A stretch of DNA of 64,000 nucleotides from Vulcanimicrobiota bacterium (GTDB lineage Bacteria; Vulcanimicrobiota; JAJTBE01). The stretch covers positions 56,885-120,884 of the forward strand of contig JAIORV010000023.1 in the NCBI GenBank assembly GCA_021107945.1, read 5' to 3'. The position numbers were made by a program, and so were the translations under genes. The first letter of the stretch is position 1. Each line of letters opens with the position of its first letter. Positions 28,288 through 37,456 of this stretch are shown in pieces. The notes beneath the pieces were generated by a model that was not told the DNA's origin, did no database searches, and saw nothing but the letters and a program-made list of their open reading frames with translations.

Positions 28288-29751
28288 ATGATTAACTTTA
28301 ACAAAAATAATGTCAAGACAATTATAATAGTCGTTATAATACTGCTATTGGTTGGAACGGCAGTTACATTCGGAGTTATATATCGAAACCAGGTTTCCGA
28401 TTATGTATCACCGATACTGTCCGGCAAGAATCGAAAAAGCACCGAACCTCCAAAAGATTTTGGTGTTATTGATTATAGCAAATTGATAAAAGAGCACCCG
28501 GGCTACCCGAAGTTAAAGGAATACGACAAACAAATCAGCAATATGGGGTCCGCTCAATTGGATCCCACAGTGCTGGTTGGCTTTAACAAAGAACTCAAGG
28601 AAAAGATGATCAAGTATCACAAGGATATGCAGAAGCAACTCCTTGCTGAACGGAATAAGATCCAAAGCGATGCCAAGGCACAGATAAGCGCTATCAAGAG
28701 CAGATATGATCCCATCGTAGCGGCGAAGAACAGGGAATTCAAAAGATATGTCAACAAGCTCAAATCTGAGTATGAAAAAAACCAGAAAAATCCCAATCGT
28801 CCACTTTCAAATTGGGAAAAGGAGTTCAGGGCGCGTGTAGAAAAAGAATCAAAAGATTTGATGGCTCTCAGAGAACAACAGTTGGCAGCAAAAAGATTAG
28901 AGCTGGAAAAAAAGTCCCGCGAAAGACTCCTTGCCAAAGAGAGAGAGATAAGCGGGCAGGTATCTCACTATGAAGATTCCCTGCTTCAAGAAAATAAATT
29001 TCGAAAAGTAGAACTCCAGGCGCAGATTCAGGCCGCCCAGGAAGATGATGAGAAAAGGGAAAAGCTTCAAAAAGAATTGAATACTATTTACAAGGGTGAA
29101 GAAGAAAAAGTGACGGCAAGGAAGACTGAATTGATGGGTACACTTCGCAATATGGAGGCGGCGGAAAAGAAGAATAACAATCAAATTGTTCAGCAATACA
29201 GGAAGAAGATGGACAAAGATGTCAACAGCCAATTAAAAGGTATTGAGCAAAAGGTCTATAAAAGAATGGCAAAAAAACCCCGGGGCGGTTCAGGTCAATC
29301 GGTTTCAATGCCCGGGGATATAAGAAATAAACTCAAAGCAAAAGAAGCTGCGCTCAGGAGCGATATGAAAGCGCTTGAAGCGAAATCTATGTCAGAAGTT
29401 CAGGCAATTGAAGCAAGAGCGAAATCCAGGTTTGATGCGCTTAAATCGAAGTTTACCAAAAAGCTGGATGAATTTCAGAAATCTCTTGCCGATGAATTTG
29501 AGGTAAAGAAAAAACAACTTGTAGATCAGCAAATTGCTGAAAATGAGGAGAAAAATAAAGCTTACGAAAACCTGAAAAAAGCAAGAGAACGCAAATACAA
29601 GCAGATGATTACCGACATTAATGAAAAGACGGAATCCATAGCGAACGAGAAAAATATCAAAGTTGTAATCGGTAGTTATGCCGTCAATGTCGATAGCGTG
29701 GATCTGAACAGTCAGGCGGAGAAAGCGATAAAGTCCATCGGGCGGGAATAA
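28288..29751 (+). CDS. Skp-like protein with a greatly expanded coiled coil (488 aa)
   Basis: N-terminal TM segment. Skp-like ends (FGVIDYSKLIKEHP... and ...NIKVVIGSYAVNVDSVDLN) separated by about 380 aa of K/E/Q heptad-like sequence. Confidence 0.5.
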   Translation: MINFNKNNVKTIIIVVIILLLVGTAVTFGVIYRNQVSDYVSPILSGKNRKSTEPPKDFGVIDYSKLIKEHPGYPKLKEYDKQISNMGSAQLDPTVLVGFNKELKEKMIKYHKDMQKQLLAERNKIQSDAKAQISAIKSRYDPIVAAKNREFKRYVNKLKSEYEKNQKNPNRPLSNWEKEFRARVEKESKDLMALREQQLAAKRLELEKKSRERLLAKEREISGQVSHYEDSLLQENKFRKVELQAQIQAAQEDDEKREKLQKELNTIYKGEEEKVTARKTELMGTLRNMEAAEKKNNNQIVQQYRKKMDKDVNSQLKGIEQKVYKRMAKKPRGGSGQSVSMPGDIRNKLKAKEAALRSDMKALEAKSMSEVQAIEARAKSRFDALKSKFTKKLDEFQKSLADEFEVKKKQLVDQQIAENEEKNKAYENLKKARERKYKQMITDINEKTESIANEKNIKVVIGSYAVNVDSVDLNSQAEKAIKSIGRE

Positions 29752-29797
29752 TGTGTATTAATCGCCCCTTATAACCGAAAAAGGAAGTTGGTAGTTT

Positions 29798-30334
29798 ATG
29801 ATAGGAAAAAGAAGGATAATTCAATTAACCGGTATTCTCCTGGTCTTGTTTCTGGGCGGTGTCTTTCAGGGATGTCATTCAGGAGATAAGTCGGGAAAGT
29901 CAAATAGTAATTCTGTTGCAAGCGAACTCAGGGTTGGCTATATTGATTCCGACAAACTCCTTTTCGAGTTTCCCGCTTTCAAAAAATTCCGGAAGAAAAC
30001 GGAGAACAATGATCTTGAATTGGGCAACATCGTTAAGGGTAAAAAAAGAGAAGAAATAACCAATAAGGATAGAAAGCGTTTTAAGTCCATAGTTAGTGGC
30101 TTCTTGAAGGAAAGATCAGAGATCAAGAATAAGTTTGTGGATAAAGTACGTGAAGCCTCCCTGGTTGTCATGGAAGAAAAGAAGCTTGATTTAATAATCA
30201 ATAATGCCACAACTTATGCGGTAATAGAGTATGGTGGCACAGATGTTACTGAGGATGTTCAAGCGAATATGACGGAGCTTCGAAAACAGAAGAGTACCGG
30301 CACAAAAGAAGAAAAGGGAAAGAAAGAGAAGTAA
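29798..30334 (+). CDS. skp: OmpH/Skp family lipoprotein
   Basis: Lipobox [22 protein letters not shown] ... [25 protein letters not shown]. Confidence 0.7.
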   Translation: MIGKRRIIQLTGILLVLFLGGVFQGCHSGDKSGKSNSNSVASELRVGYIDSDKLLFEFPAFKKFRKKTENNDLELGNIVKGKKREEITNKDRKRFKSIVSGFLKERSEIKNKFVDKVREASLVVMEEKKLDLIINNATTYAVIEYGGTDVTEDVQANMTELRKQKSTGTKEEKGKKEK

Positions 30335-30336
30335 AA

Positions 30337-31401
30337 ATGAAAAAAACTCGACATTCAATTTCTCTACAGGAGCTGGCCGGAGTGCTGGAAGGCGAGTTGG
30401 CTGGAGAGAATATCGAGATAAATGATGTATCAGGAATTGATGATGTCAAACCGGGTGAAATAACCTGGGTTGAAGGAAAGAAGAGTCTGGAGAATGCACT
30501 GGCATCTTCTGCTTCCGCGCTGGTCATGAATAAGAAGTACTTTAAAAAAGCCGGGGACATGCTGAAAGTGCCATGTATTATTGTTAAAAGACCCAGGCTT
30601 GCTTTTGCGCAAATTTTAAACTGCTTCTATACCAGGTCAAAACCCAATCCGGGAACTGCATCAACCGCTCTCGTCGGACCGAATACTGTATGCGGAGAAA
30701 ATGTCAGTATCGGTGAATATGCAGTTATCGGGAAAGACTGTAACATAGGAGAGGGAACGATTATTTATCCCCTTGTTTATATTGGAGACAATGTAAAAAT
30801 CGGCAAGAATACGATCATTTATCCGTTTGTGGCCATTCACAACAGAACCGAGGTCGGCAAAGAGGTCATAATCCATAGCGGCACTGTTATTGGTGCCGAC
30901 GGGTTCGGCTTTGTAGAGGACAAAAAAACAAGGATCAAAATTCCACAAGTTGGTAAAGTGATGCTGGGGGATTACTCGGAAATCGGAGCAAATGTTACAA
31001 TAGATAGGGCAACAACAGGGATCACAAGTATAGGCGAGGGCACAAAAATTGATAATCTAATCCAGGTCGGTCATAACAACAACATTGGGAAAAACTGTGT
31101 CCTGGTGTCCCAAGTAGGTATTGCAGGCTCCTGCACGATAGGCGATAATGTTACCTTTGCCGCCCAGTCGGGAGTCGGCCCGCATGTAAAAATCGGAGCA
31201 AATACCGTTGTCGCAGGCAGGGGCGGCGTTACACATGACATACCCAAGAATTCGATTGTATCAGGCTTCCCGGCACGTCCACACAGGGAAGCATTACGAA
31301 TAAGCGGCGCAATGCAGCGACTGCCCATTCTCATGAAAACCATCAAAGATCTGGAGCGGAGAATAGAAAAAATGGAGCAGGCGCAAAAATCAAGTGAATA
31401 A
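30337..31401 (+). CDS. lpxD: UDP-3-O-acylglucosamine N-acyltransferase
   Basis: Left-handed beta-helix hexapeptide repeats, GADGFGF, a C-terminal helical tail, and its position after skp. Confidence 0.9.
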   Translation: MKKTRHSISLQELAGVLEGELAGENIEINDVSGIDDVKPGEITWVEGKKSLENALASSASALVMNKKYFKKAGDMLKVPCIIVKRPRLAFAQILNCFYTRSKPNPGTASTALVGPNTVCGENVSIGEYAVIGKDCNIGEGTIIYPLVYIGDNVKIGKNTIIYPFVAIHNRTEVGKEVIIHSGTVIGADGFGFVEDKKTRIKIPQVGKVMLGDYSEIGANVTIDRATTGITSIGEGTKIDNLIQVGHNNNIGKNCVLVSQVGIAGSCTIGDNVTFAAQSGVGPHVKIGANTVVAGRGGVTHDIPKNSIVSGFPARPHREALRISGAMQRLPILMKTIKDLERRIEKMEQAQKSSE

Positions 31402-31498
31402 TAAGTAATATTATGTTATGCTGAAATGTCGGTAGCGAAAACTTCAGCTTTCCAATTCGCAATAATGCGATAAAATGTATTTTCAAGGAGCATTTTTA

Positions 31499-33301
31499 TT
31501 GATTCATAAATTTAAAACATACGGGAGTATAATTTTTTTTAGCATTTTTATTTTATGTCTGACAACTCATTATGCTTTTTCCCAGGAGTCCGGCGAGGTA
31601 TTTATCGGAGGAAAGGTGATTTTTCGTTTCCAGAACGACGGGAAGTCAGATCCCATGGAAAAAGCTTTCAATGTTCAATCACGGATTGACGCGCTCATGG
31701 GATCGTCGCTAAAAGATTCCGATGTCCGCCTTGTAAAAGATGGGAATTTATTCAAAATATTCTGGGGTAAGAATTTTATTACTACCGTGGATCCCGTCCA
31801 GGCGAAATTAAATAATTCAACTGCGGAATCCCTGGCAAAAAGATGGGTCGGCAATTTTAAAAAAGCCGTCAAAAAAGGTGTTTTTTACCTGAAGCCTGAT
31901 CGTATAGAGATGCCGATTTTTTCGCAAATAAAGGTTAAAGCGAGAGGAGTAGCGCAGGGAGAAATAGTTGAAGAATATAATACGGGTAATGTTTCGGTGA
32001 CTATAGATCAAGAAAACGGGGAAATCAGTATAAAAGGCAACGGGCTCGGAAAGAGCAAGATTGTATTCAGGCGTGGCGGTGCAAGGGCTGTGCTTTATAT
32101 CAAGGTTCTGGATATGCCTGCTGACATACCGGATAAAATTGAAACCGAGGTCTCCGGAGATCCCGCCCCTAAGGATATTCTCCAATTTGCCGCCGGTGAT
32201 GCATGTAAACACGCAATAAAGCTTAAACCCGGGGCAAAGATGATAATCGGTAAAAACATCAGAGTGGCAATGACGCTCGACAAAGGCAAAACAGGAGTTG
32301 CACACGTACCGGTATTGATAAAAGGACCCGATTATTTCACCATTAACAGTGAGATCAAGATACTTATTAAAAACATCGGGAACGGCTTCAAAGATAGCAA
32401 GCTCCTAATGGTAAGCGACCGTCCTGAACAATTCAATACCGACGGCATGCTTTTTAAAGGTAAATTTGACAGTGACAATCCCACCAGGCTTTTGTATTAT
32501 CACATGAATTCCGATAAAAAGGAGCGTCGTTTCTGGGTCGAGTTAAAAAATCCCACCAACAAAACTGTAAAGGTCATGATAAGCGGGGCAATGGGAGGTC
32601 CCGACCGCTGGGGCGTGACAGTGGGGCACGAGGCGACAATGAGGTTTCTCAGGGCCTATAACAAGGGTATCGGATATATTGTCCAGATACCTCCGCGTAG
32701 ATCCATCGCACTTGTAGATTTAAGAATGGCAAAGGATCAGGTTTTATGTGGATACTTTCACCTCCGGATCCGTGAGGGAGAAGAATTAGAAGTATATGTA
32801 AAAAATTCAAAAAAAATGGACGGCGTGGCAAACGGCAGGAAACTCCCCCTTCTAACAGAACCTTTCGATCCGTTTAAAATCCACCCCAAGGGTATTTTCA
32901 AGCCTGCGATCCTGGAAGAAGATGTGGAACTTGTGATAGGCAAGGACGACGAGGCGGCTTGTGTTATCGGACAGGCTCCCTGGCTGATTGATCCTGACAC
33001 CGGCGAGCCTAACAACGGTAATTATGGGGTGTTTTACAAGTTTAATCTCAAATTGAAAAATCCCACCGATGAGATCAAACGTATAGGTTTTTTCCTGGTT
33101 CCAAAGGGAGTTCTTGCAAGGGGAAGTTTCATTATTGACGGGCGTGTCATGGAAACGACACTTGTAAGATACCCATCCAGGAGTCTTTTTGCGGCCGTTG
33201 ATGTTGCGCCGAAAAGTGAAAAGATAATTACTATGCTCACAACGCCTGAAGGTGGATCCTATTACCCCGTAGAAGTTATTATCAGAACAATTGAAAGATA
33301 A
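31499..33301 (+). CDS. Secreted hypothetical protein (about 600 aa) embedded in the lipid A operon
   Basis: TTG 31499 lies 8 nt after AAGGAG and gives a signal peptide IHKFKTYGSIIFFSIFILCLTTHYAFS. Contains an Ig-like segment. No family recognised. Confidence 0.7.
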   Translation: MIHKFKTYGSIIFFSIFILCLTTHYAFSQESGEVFIGGKVIFRFQNDGKSDPMEKAFNVQSRIDALMGSSLKDSDVRLVKDGNLFKIFWGKNFITTVDPVQAKLNNSTAESLAKRWVGNFKKAVKKGVFYLKPDRIEMPIFSQIKVKARGVAQGEIVEEYNTGNVSVTIDQENGEISIKGNGLGKSKIVFRRGGARAVLYIKVLDMPADIPDKIETEVSGDPAPKDILQFAAGDACKHAIKLKPGAKMIIGKNIRVAMTLDKGKTGVAHVPVLIKGPDYFTINSEIKILIKNIGNGFKDSKLLMVSDRPEQFNTDGMLFKGKFDSDNPTRLLYYHMNSDKKERRFWVELKNPTNKTVKVMISGAMGGPDRWGVTVGHEATMRFLRAYNKGIGYIVQIPPRRSIALVDLRMAKDQVLCGYFHLRIREGEELEVYVKNSKKMDGVANGRKLPLLTEPFDPFKIHPKGIFKPAILEEDVELVIGKDDEAACVIGQAPWLIDPDTGEPNNGNYGVFYKFNLKLKNPTDEIKRIGFFLVPKGVLARGSFIIDGRVMETTLVRYPSRSLFAAVDVAPKSEKIITMLTTPEGGSYYPVEVIIRTIER

Positions 33302-33339
33302 CTAATTTAAGATAATTATTTGATCAGGAGGAGAGTAAG

Positions 33340-34167
33340 ATCAATAGAAAGCAGAAAACAATTGAGAGGGCATTTTCCCTGGAAGGAGTGGGACTGCATA
33401 CGGGAGAGTTATCCCGCATCAGAGTGGAGCCGAGTTGCATCGATGGGAGAATCGTCTTCCACGGAGAAGGAAAAGACATTCCCGCATTAGTGGAAAATGT
33501 CATCAGTACGAAACGCTGCACCACGCTTGGCAAAGACGGAGTGAAAATTCATACTGTCGAGCATCTTCTCTCTTTATGTTATGCAATGGGAATTGACAAC
33601 CTGAATATATATTTTGAAAGCAATGAGCTTCCCATACTCGACGGGAGTTGCAAAGACCTTGCAATAGCTTTTCAGTCAGCAGGAATAAAAGTACTCGACG
33701 CCTTGAAGAAAGTAATTGCAATTGACAGGGAAATCAGTATTGTCGATGGTGACTCGATTATTACGGGAATGCCGTCGGCTAATTTTTCAATAGGATGTAT
33801 GATCGATTATAATCACCCTGTTGTAGGCGTTCAGACACTCTTTTACAGGGACGATAACGATGATTTTCTTCAGAATTTTGCCCCGGCCAGAACTTTCGGA
33901 TTCTGGGAAGAAATCGAGAAACTTCGCGAGATAGATCTGGCAAGAGGGGGAAGCCTTGATAACGCCCTTGTAATTAAAAAAGACGGCTATATGATGCCGC
34001 CTCGTTTTCCCGATGAGATTGTCAGGCACAAAATTCTCGACATGCTGGGAGATATGTCTCTTTCCGGAGCACAGATCCAGGGGCATATATTTGCAATAAA
34101 GCCCAGCCATAAATTAAATGTTCAATTTGTAAAAGAAATGGTAAGTATTCAGTCCTCCCCCAAATAA
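33340..34167 (+). CDS. lpxC: UDP-3-O-acyl-N-acetylglucosamine deacetylase, with a probable ATC start
   Basis: GVGLHTG and HTVEHLLSLCYAMGIDN..ELPILDGS motifs. No ATG/GTG/TTG lies between the in-frame stop at 33313 and the conserved N-terminus. AGGAGGAG-6 nt-ATC at 33340. Confidence 0.85.
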   Translation: MNRKQKTIERAFSLEGVGLHTGELSRIRVEPSCIDGRIVFHGEGKDIPALVENVISTKRCTTLGKDGVKIHTVEHLLSLCYAMGIDNLNIYFESNELPILDGSCKDLAIAFQSAGIKVLDALKKVIAIDREISIVDGDSIITGMPSANFSIGCMIDYNHPVVGVQTLFYRDDNDDFLQNFAPARTFGFWEEIEKLREIDLARGGSLDNALVIKKDGYMMPPRFPDEIVRHKILDMLGDMSLSGAQIQGHIFAIKPSHKLNVQFVKEMVSIQSSPK

Positions 34168-34339
34168 GAGTGGAATCTTGCATGAAAATCGAGGCTGGAA
34201 GCTTCTCCTGCATTGAGGGGGTTAGATAAATTTAAATATGATGGAATATGTTTAAAGGTAAAAAGCCCGGTTAATAGAATAATTCGTCCCGATACACGGG
34301 ACTTATAACCACCGGAAACATCTGGATCAGGAGGTAAAA

Positions 34340-34780
34340 ATGATACAAATAAGAGAAATTCTGAATATTCTACCCCATCGGTACCCCTTTGTGATGGTAG
34401 ATCGAATCCTCGAAATTGAGGAGGACAAAAGGGCAGTCGGTATAAAAAACGTTACCATCAACGAGCCCTTCTTTCAGGGGCATTTCCCCGGTTTGCCCAC
34501 CATGCCGGGAGTGATGATAGCTGAGTCAATGGCCCAGGTGGGCGGTATAATGTTAATGACATCCAGGAAAGAGGAAAAATTGGTACCTTACCTGGCCGGA
34601 ATTCAAAAACTGCGTTTCAAGAAGCCTGTCTATCCGGGTGACACTCTTTATATTGAAGTAGAATTAATAGGAAAAAAAGGGGGAATGGGCAAGGTCAGTG
34701 GCACCGCCAAGGTGGATGATGAAATTGTTGCGGTGGGTGAAATGTTATTTGCCCTTGTTCCGGAAAGTGAAGTGAAATGA
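34340..34780 (+). CDS. fabZ: 3-hydroxyacyl-ACP dehydratase FabZ
   Basis: LPHRYPFVMVDRI, GHFPG.PTMPGVM and AESMAQ motifs. 146 aa. Confidence 0.95.
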   Translation: MIQIREILNILPHRYPFVMVDRILEIEEDKRAVGIKNVTINEPFFQGHFPGLPTMPGVMIAESMAQVGGIMLMTSRKEEKLVPYLAGIQKLRFKKPVYPGDTLYIEVELIGKKGGMGKVSGTAKVDDEIVAVGEMLFALVPESEVK

Positions 34781-35862
34781 TTCCAATAGCAAAACCGATA
34801 ATAGATTCGGCAGAAAAAAAAAGGGTAATGGAAGTTCTCGATTCAGGAATGCTCTCAATCGGTAAAGTAGTTAAAGAATTCGAGGAAGCATTTGCCAGAT
34901 TCACTGGAGCCAGGTATGCCGTGGCAACGTCTTCCGGTACGACGGCGCTTCATATGGCACTGCTTGCAAGCGGCATCAAGCCCGGAGATAAAGTCCTGAC
35001 AACCCCGTTCTCATTTGTGGCGACGGCAAACTCAATCCTTTATTGCAACGCGGTTCCCGTGTTCTGTGATGTGGAAGAGGGAACATGCAATATTGATCCG
35101 GATCGGATTGAAGAGGCGCTTAAGAATGACGAAGAAATAAAAGCTCTTCTCATTGTCCATCTGTATGGACAACCCTGCAATATGGATAGAATAATGAAGC
35201 TCGTGCAGAAGTATGACCTAATACTGGTGGAAGACGCCGCCCAGGCGCATGGAGCGCTCTACAAGGGAAAGCATGGGGGCACATTCGGAAATGCCGGTGC
35301 ATTCAGCTTTTATCCGACCAAGAATATGACCACTGCAGAGGGCGGAATGATAATCACCGATGATGAAAAAGTCCATCAGGATCTGAAGCTTCTCAGGGAG
35401 CATGGCGGTGCGGGCGATTATGACCATATAATGTTAGGTTACAATTATCGAATGACGAATATTGAGGCGGCTATTGGATTGGTACAACTGGAAAAACTGA
35501 CAGGCTTCAACAACAGGAGACGTGAAAACGCCGCATATTATGACTCCCATCTATCCAATCTTGACTGGCTGGAGATTTTAGAAAAACAAACCGACTGTCT
35601 TCACTGTTATCATCAATATACTATCCGTGTAAAAAAGGACAGGGACAGGTTTGTGGAGTACCTTAAAGAAAACGGCATAGGATGTAAAGTCTATTATCCC
35701 CATACAATACCTTCTCTACCGTTATACAAGGAGAAAGGTTATAACGGCCTGCCCTTTCCCGTGTCCGGGAAGCTCTGTGACGAGGTGGTGTCCATACCGG
35801 TACACCCTTCAGTTTCCGATGAGGACAGGGAGAAAATCGTAAAGGTAATAAAAGACTGGTAA
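34777..35862 (+). CDS. DegT/DnrJ/EryC1/StrS-family PLP sugar aminotransferase (GnnB/ArnB-like)
   Basis: Family pattern (ATSSGTTALHMAL, VEDAAQAHGA, SFYPTKNMTTAEGG). 4-nt ATGA overlap with fabZ. Confidence 0.85.
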   Translation: MIPIAKPIIDSAEKKRVMEVLDSGMLSIGKVVKEFEEAFARFTGARYAVATSSGTTALHMALLASGIKPGDKVLTTPFSFVATANSILYCNAVPVFCDVEEGTCNIDPDRIEEALKNDEEIKALLIVHLYGQPCNMDRIMKLVQKYDLILVEDAAQAHGALYKGKHGGTFGNAGAFSFYPTKNMTTAEGGMIITDDEKVHQDLKLLREHGGAGDYDHIMLGYNYRMTNIEAAIGLVQLEKLTGFNNRRRENAAYYDSHLSNLDWLEILEKQTDCLHCYHQYTIRVKKDRDRFVEYLKENGIGCKVYYPHTIPSLPLYKEKGYNGLPFPVSGKLCDEVVSIPVHPSVSDEDREKIVKVIKDW

Positions 35863-36052
35863 TTATTCAACCTCCTGAAATACTTCTCATTCTATCAGGA
35901 GGAATTTAAAATAAACCGCAAATCTACAATAAATAGAAACGGGAATCGGGAAATGAGAAACGGGATCCGGTCACAATCCGGCCTGCATTCTCCATTCTCT
36001 GACATCTGATGTTGTAGATTATTACAAGACGACCAAGGAAGGAGAGATTCCT

Positions 36053-36847
36053 ATTTCCAGGATACATCCAACAGCAATTATCGAGGATGGTGCCAGGATA
36101 GCAGAAGATGTGGAAATCGGCCCTTTTACTATAATCGGTAAGAATGTAATAATAGGAAAGGGAACAAAAATACATTCTTCCGTACTTATAAACGGCTGGA
36201 CAACCATCGGTGAAGACAATGAGATATATAAGGGAACCGTCATAGGTGAAGAACCCCAGGATATGAAATACAAAGGCGAGAAGAGTTATGTCATAATCGG
36301 CGACAGGAATAGTTTCAGGGAGTATGTAACAATCCATCGCGCCGCTGACGCTGGTGGGGCCACGATAATCGGAGATGAAAACCTGCTGATGAATTATATT
36401 CACGTGGCTCATAACTGTGTTCTGGGAAACCAAATTGTAATAGCCAATATGGTGGGGTTTGCCGGACATGTCACAATTGAAGATCAGGTGGTTTTCGGTG
36501 GATTGAGTGGGATACACCAGTTCGTCCGCATTGGCAAAATGGCAATGATTGCGGGATATTCAAAGGTTCTTCAGGATATACCCCCGTTTTCTCTTGTGGA
36601 GGGACAGCCCGCCCGAATATTGGGTTTGAATATTCCCGGTCTAAGGCGAAGAAAAGTGCAACCCGATTCGAGAAATGCTCTGAAAAAAGCGATAAACATC
36701 ATAAAAAGCAGGAAATTTAAACGCACAGATGCCCTTGAAGTGATAAGGAAAGAAGTTGATATCACACCGGAAGTTGAGCATCTTCTTCAATTCATGTCCA
36801 ATCCCTCAAAACAGGGAATACTAATGCAATCGGCCAAGAGAAGCTAG
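36053..36847 (+). CDS. lpxA: Acyl-ACP--UDP-GlcNAc O-acyltransferase, with a probable ATT start
   Basis: N-terminus (M)SRIHPTAIIEDGARI, hexapeptide repeats and a C-terminal LpxA helical domain. No canonical start lies between the in-frame stop at 35954 and the conserved IHPTAI. GGAGAG-6 nt-ATT at 36053. Confidence 0.85.
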   Translation: MSRIHPTAIIEDGARIAEDVEIGPFTIIGKNVIIGKGTKIHSSVLINGWTTIGEDNEIYKGTVIGEEPQDMKYKGEKSYVIIGDRNSFREYVTIHRAADAGGATIIGDENLLMNYIHVAHNCVLGNQIVIANMVGFAGHVTIEDQVVFGGLSGIHQFVRIGKMAMIAGYSKVLQDIPPFSLVEGQPARILGLNIPGLRRRKVQPDSRNALKKAINIIKSRKFKRTDALEVIRKEVDITPEVEHLLQFMSNPSKQGILMQSAKRS

Positions 36848-37280
36848 GGGAGGGCGGATGTGAGGGTATCAAATTGTCAGCCAAGAATGCTGACACTCCA
36901 CCCATCACGTAGCGCGGGTTTTTAAACCCGCCAAAACGAGGAGGTCTGAAGACCTCTGTTATAAAAAATCTCTCCTTCAAATGATATAGAGAGAGGAAGT
37001 CTCGATAAAGAAAGAAGATTATTTTGAAGTAGATCTCCGGAGTAGAGATCCTTCACTGTGAAAGACTTCGGAAGTAAGCAATACCCGCTCTTGCCAGGGT
37101 TTATCCAGTAAATTAAAAGATCGTATTCCGCTCAGGATGACACGCCGGGGGATCGTCTTTGATGAGGTCCTTCGTAGTGTAATACATATTCCCGTCCCTA
37201 CCGGGGCTTATCCGGTAACCACAAGGATCATCTTTCGCCAATGTTCTGCTTAACAGTCCCATAACGGCTGAATCAGGAGT

Positions 37281-37344
37281 AATAAAAATGCAGATTCCAT
37301 CGAGCTTTATAAGTTTGATGAAATCTGCATTTTAAGGTTTTTTA
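37281..37344. terminator. Bidirectional stem-loop terminator between the lpx operon and hppA
   Basis: 11-bp stem AAATGCAGATT/AATCTGCATTT (37286-37296 and 37322-37332). T-runs follow on both strands. Confidence 0.6.
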
Positions 37345-37456
37345 AGATGGATGTTGGGGACAGACTTTTTTAAAAAGTTTCTTCCCCAAATGTTCTTTTA
37401 TTACTACAGATAAAACTCCGCGCCCTCCGCGCTCTCTGCGTTGAAAAATCAAAAAT

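Noticed and set aside
33388-33390. GTG 33388 (lpxC) and GTG 36110 (lpxA) as start codons, as implied by the ORF track
   Set aside because: Both would delete conserved N-terminal segments (..TIERAFSLEGVGLH.., ..IHPTAIIEDGARI..) that are encoded in frame upstream. Neither has an SD, whereas strong SDs sit 6 nt before ATC 33340 and ATT 36053.
35871-35902. Hairpin CCTCCTGA-16 nt-TCAGGAGG between degT-like and lpxA as a translational riboswitch
   Set aside because: The SD-like AGGAGG in the 3' arm is not followed by any start codon. It is more likely a simple stem-loop or weak terminator, and there is too little evidence for a regulatory claim.
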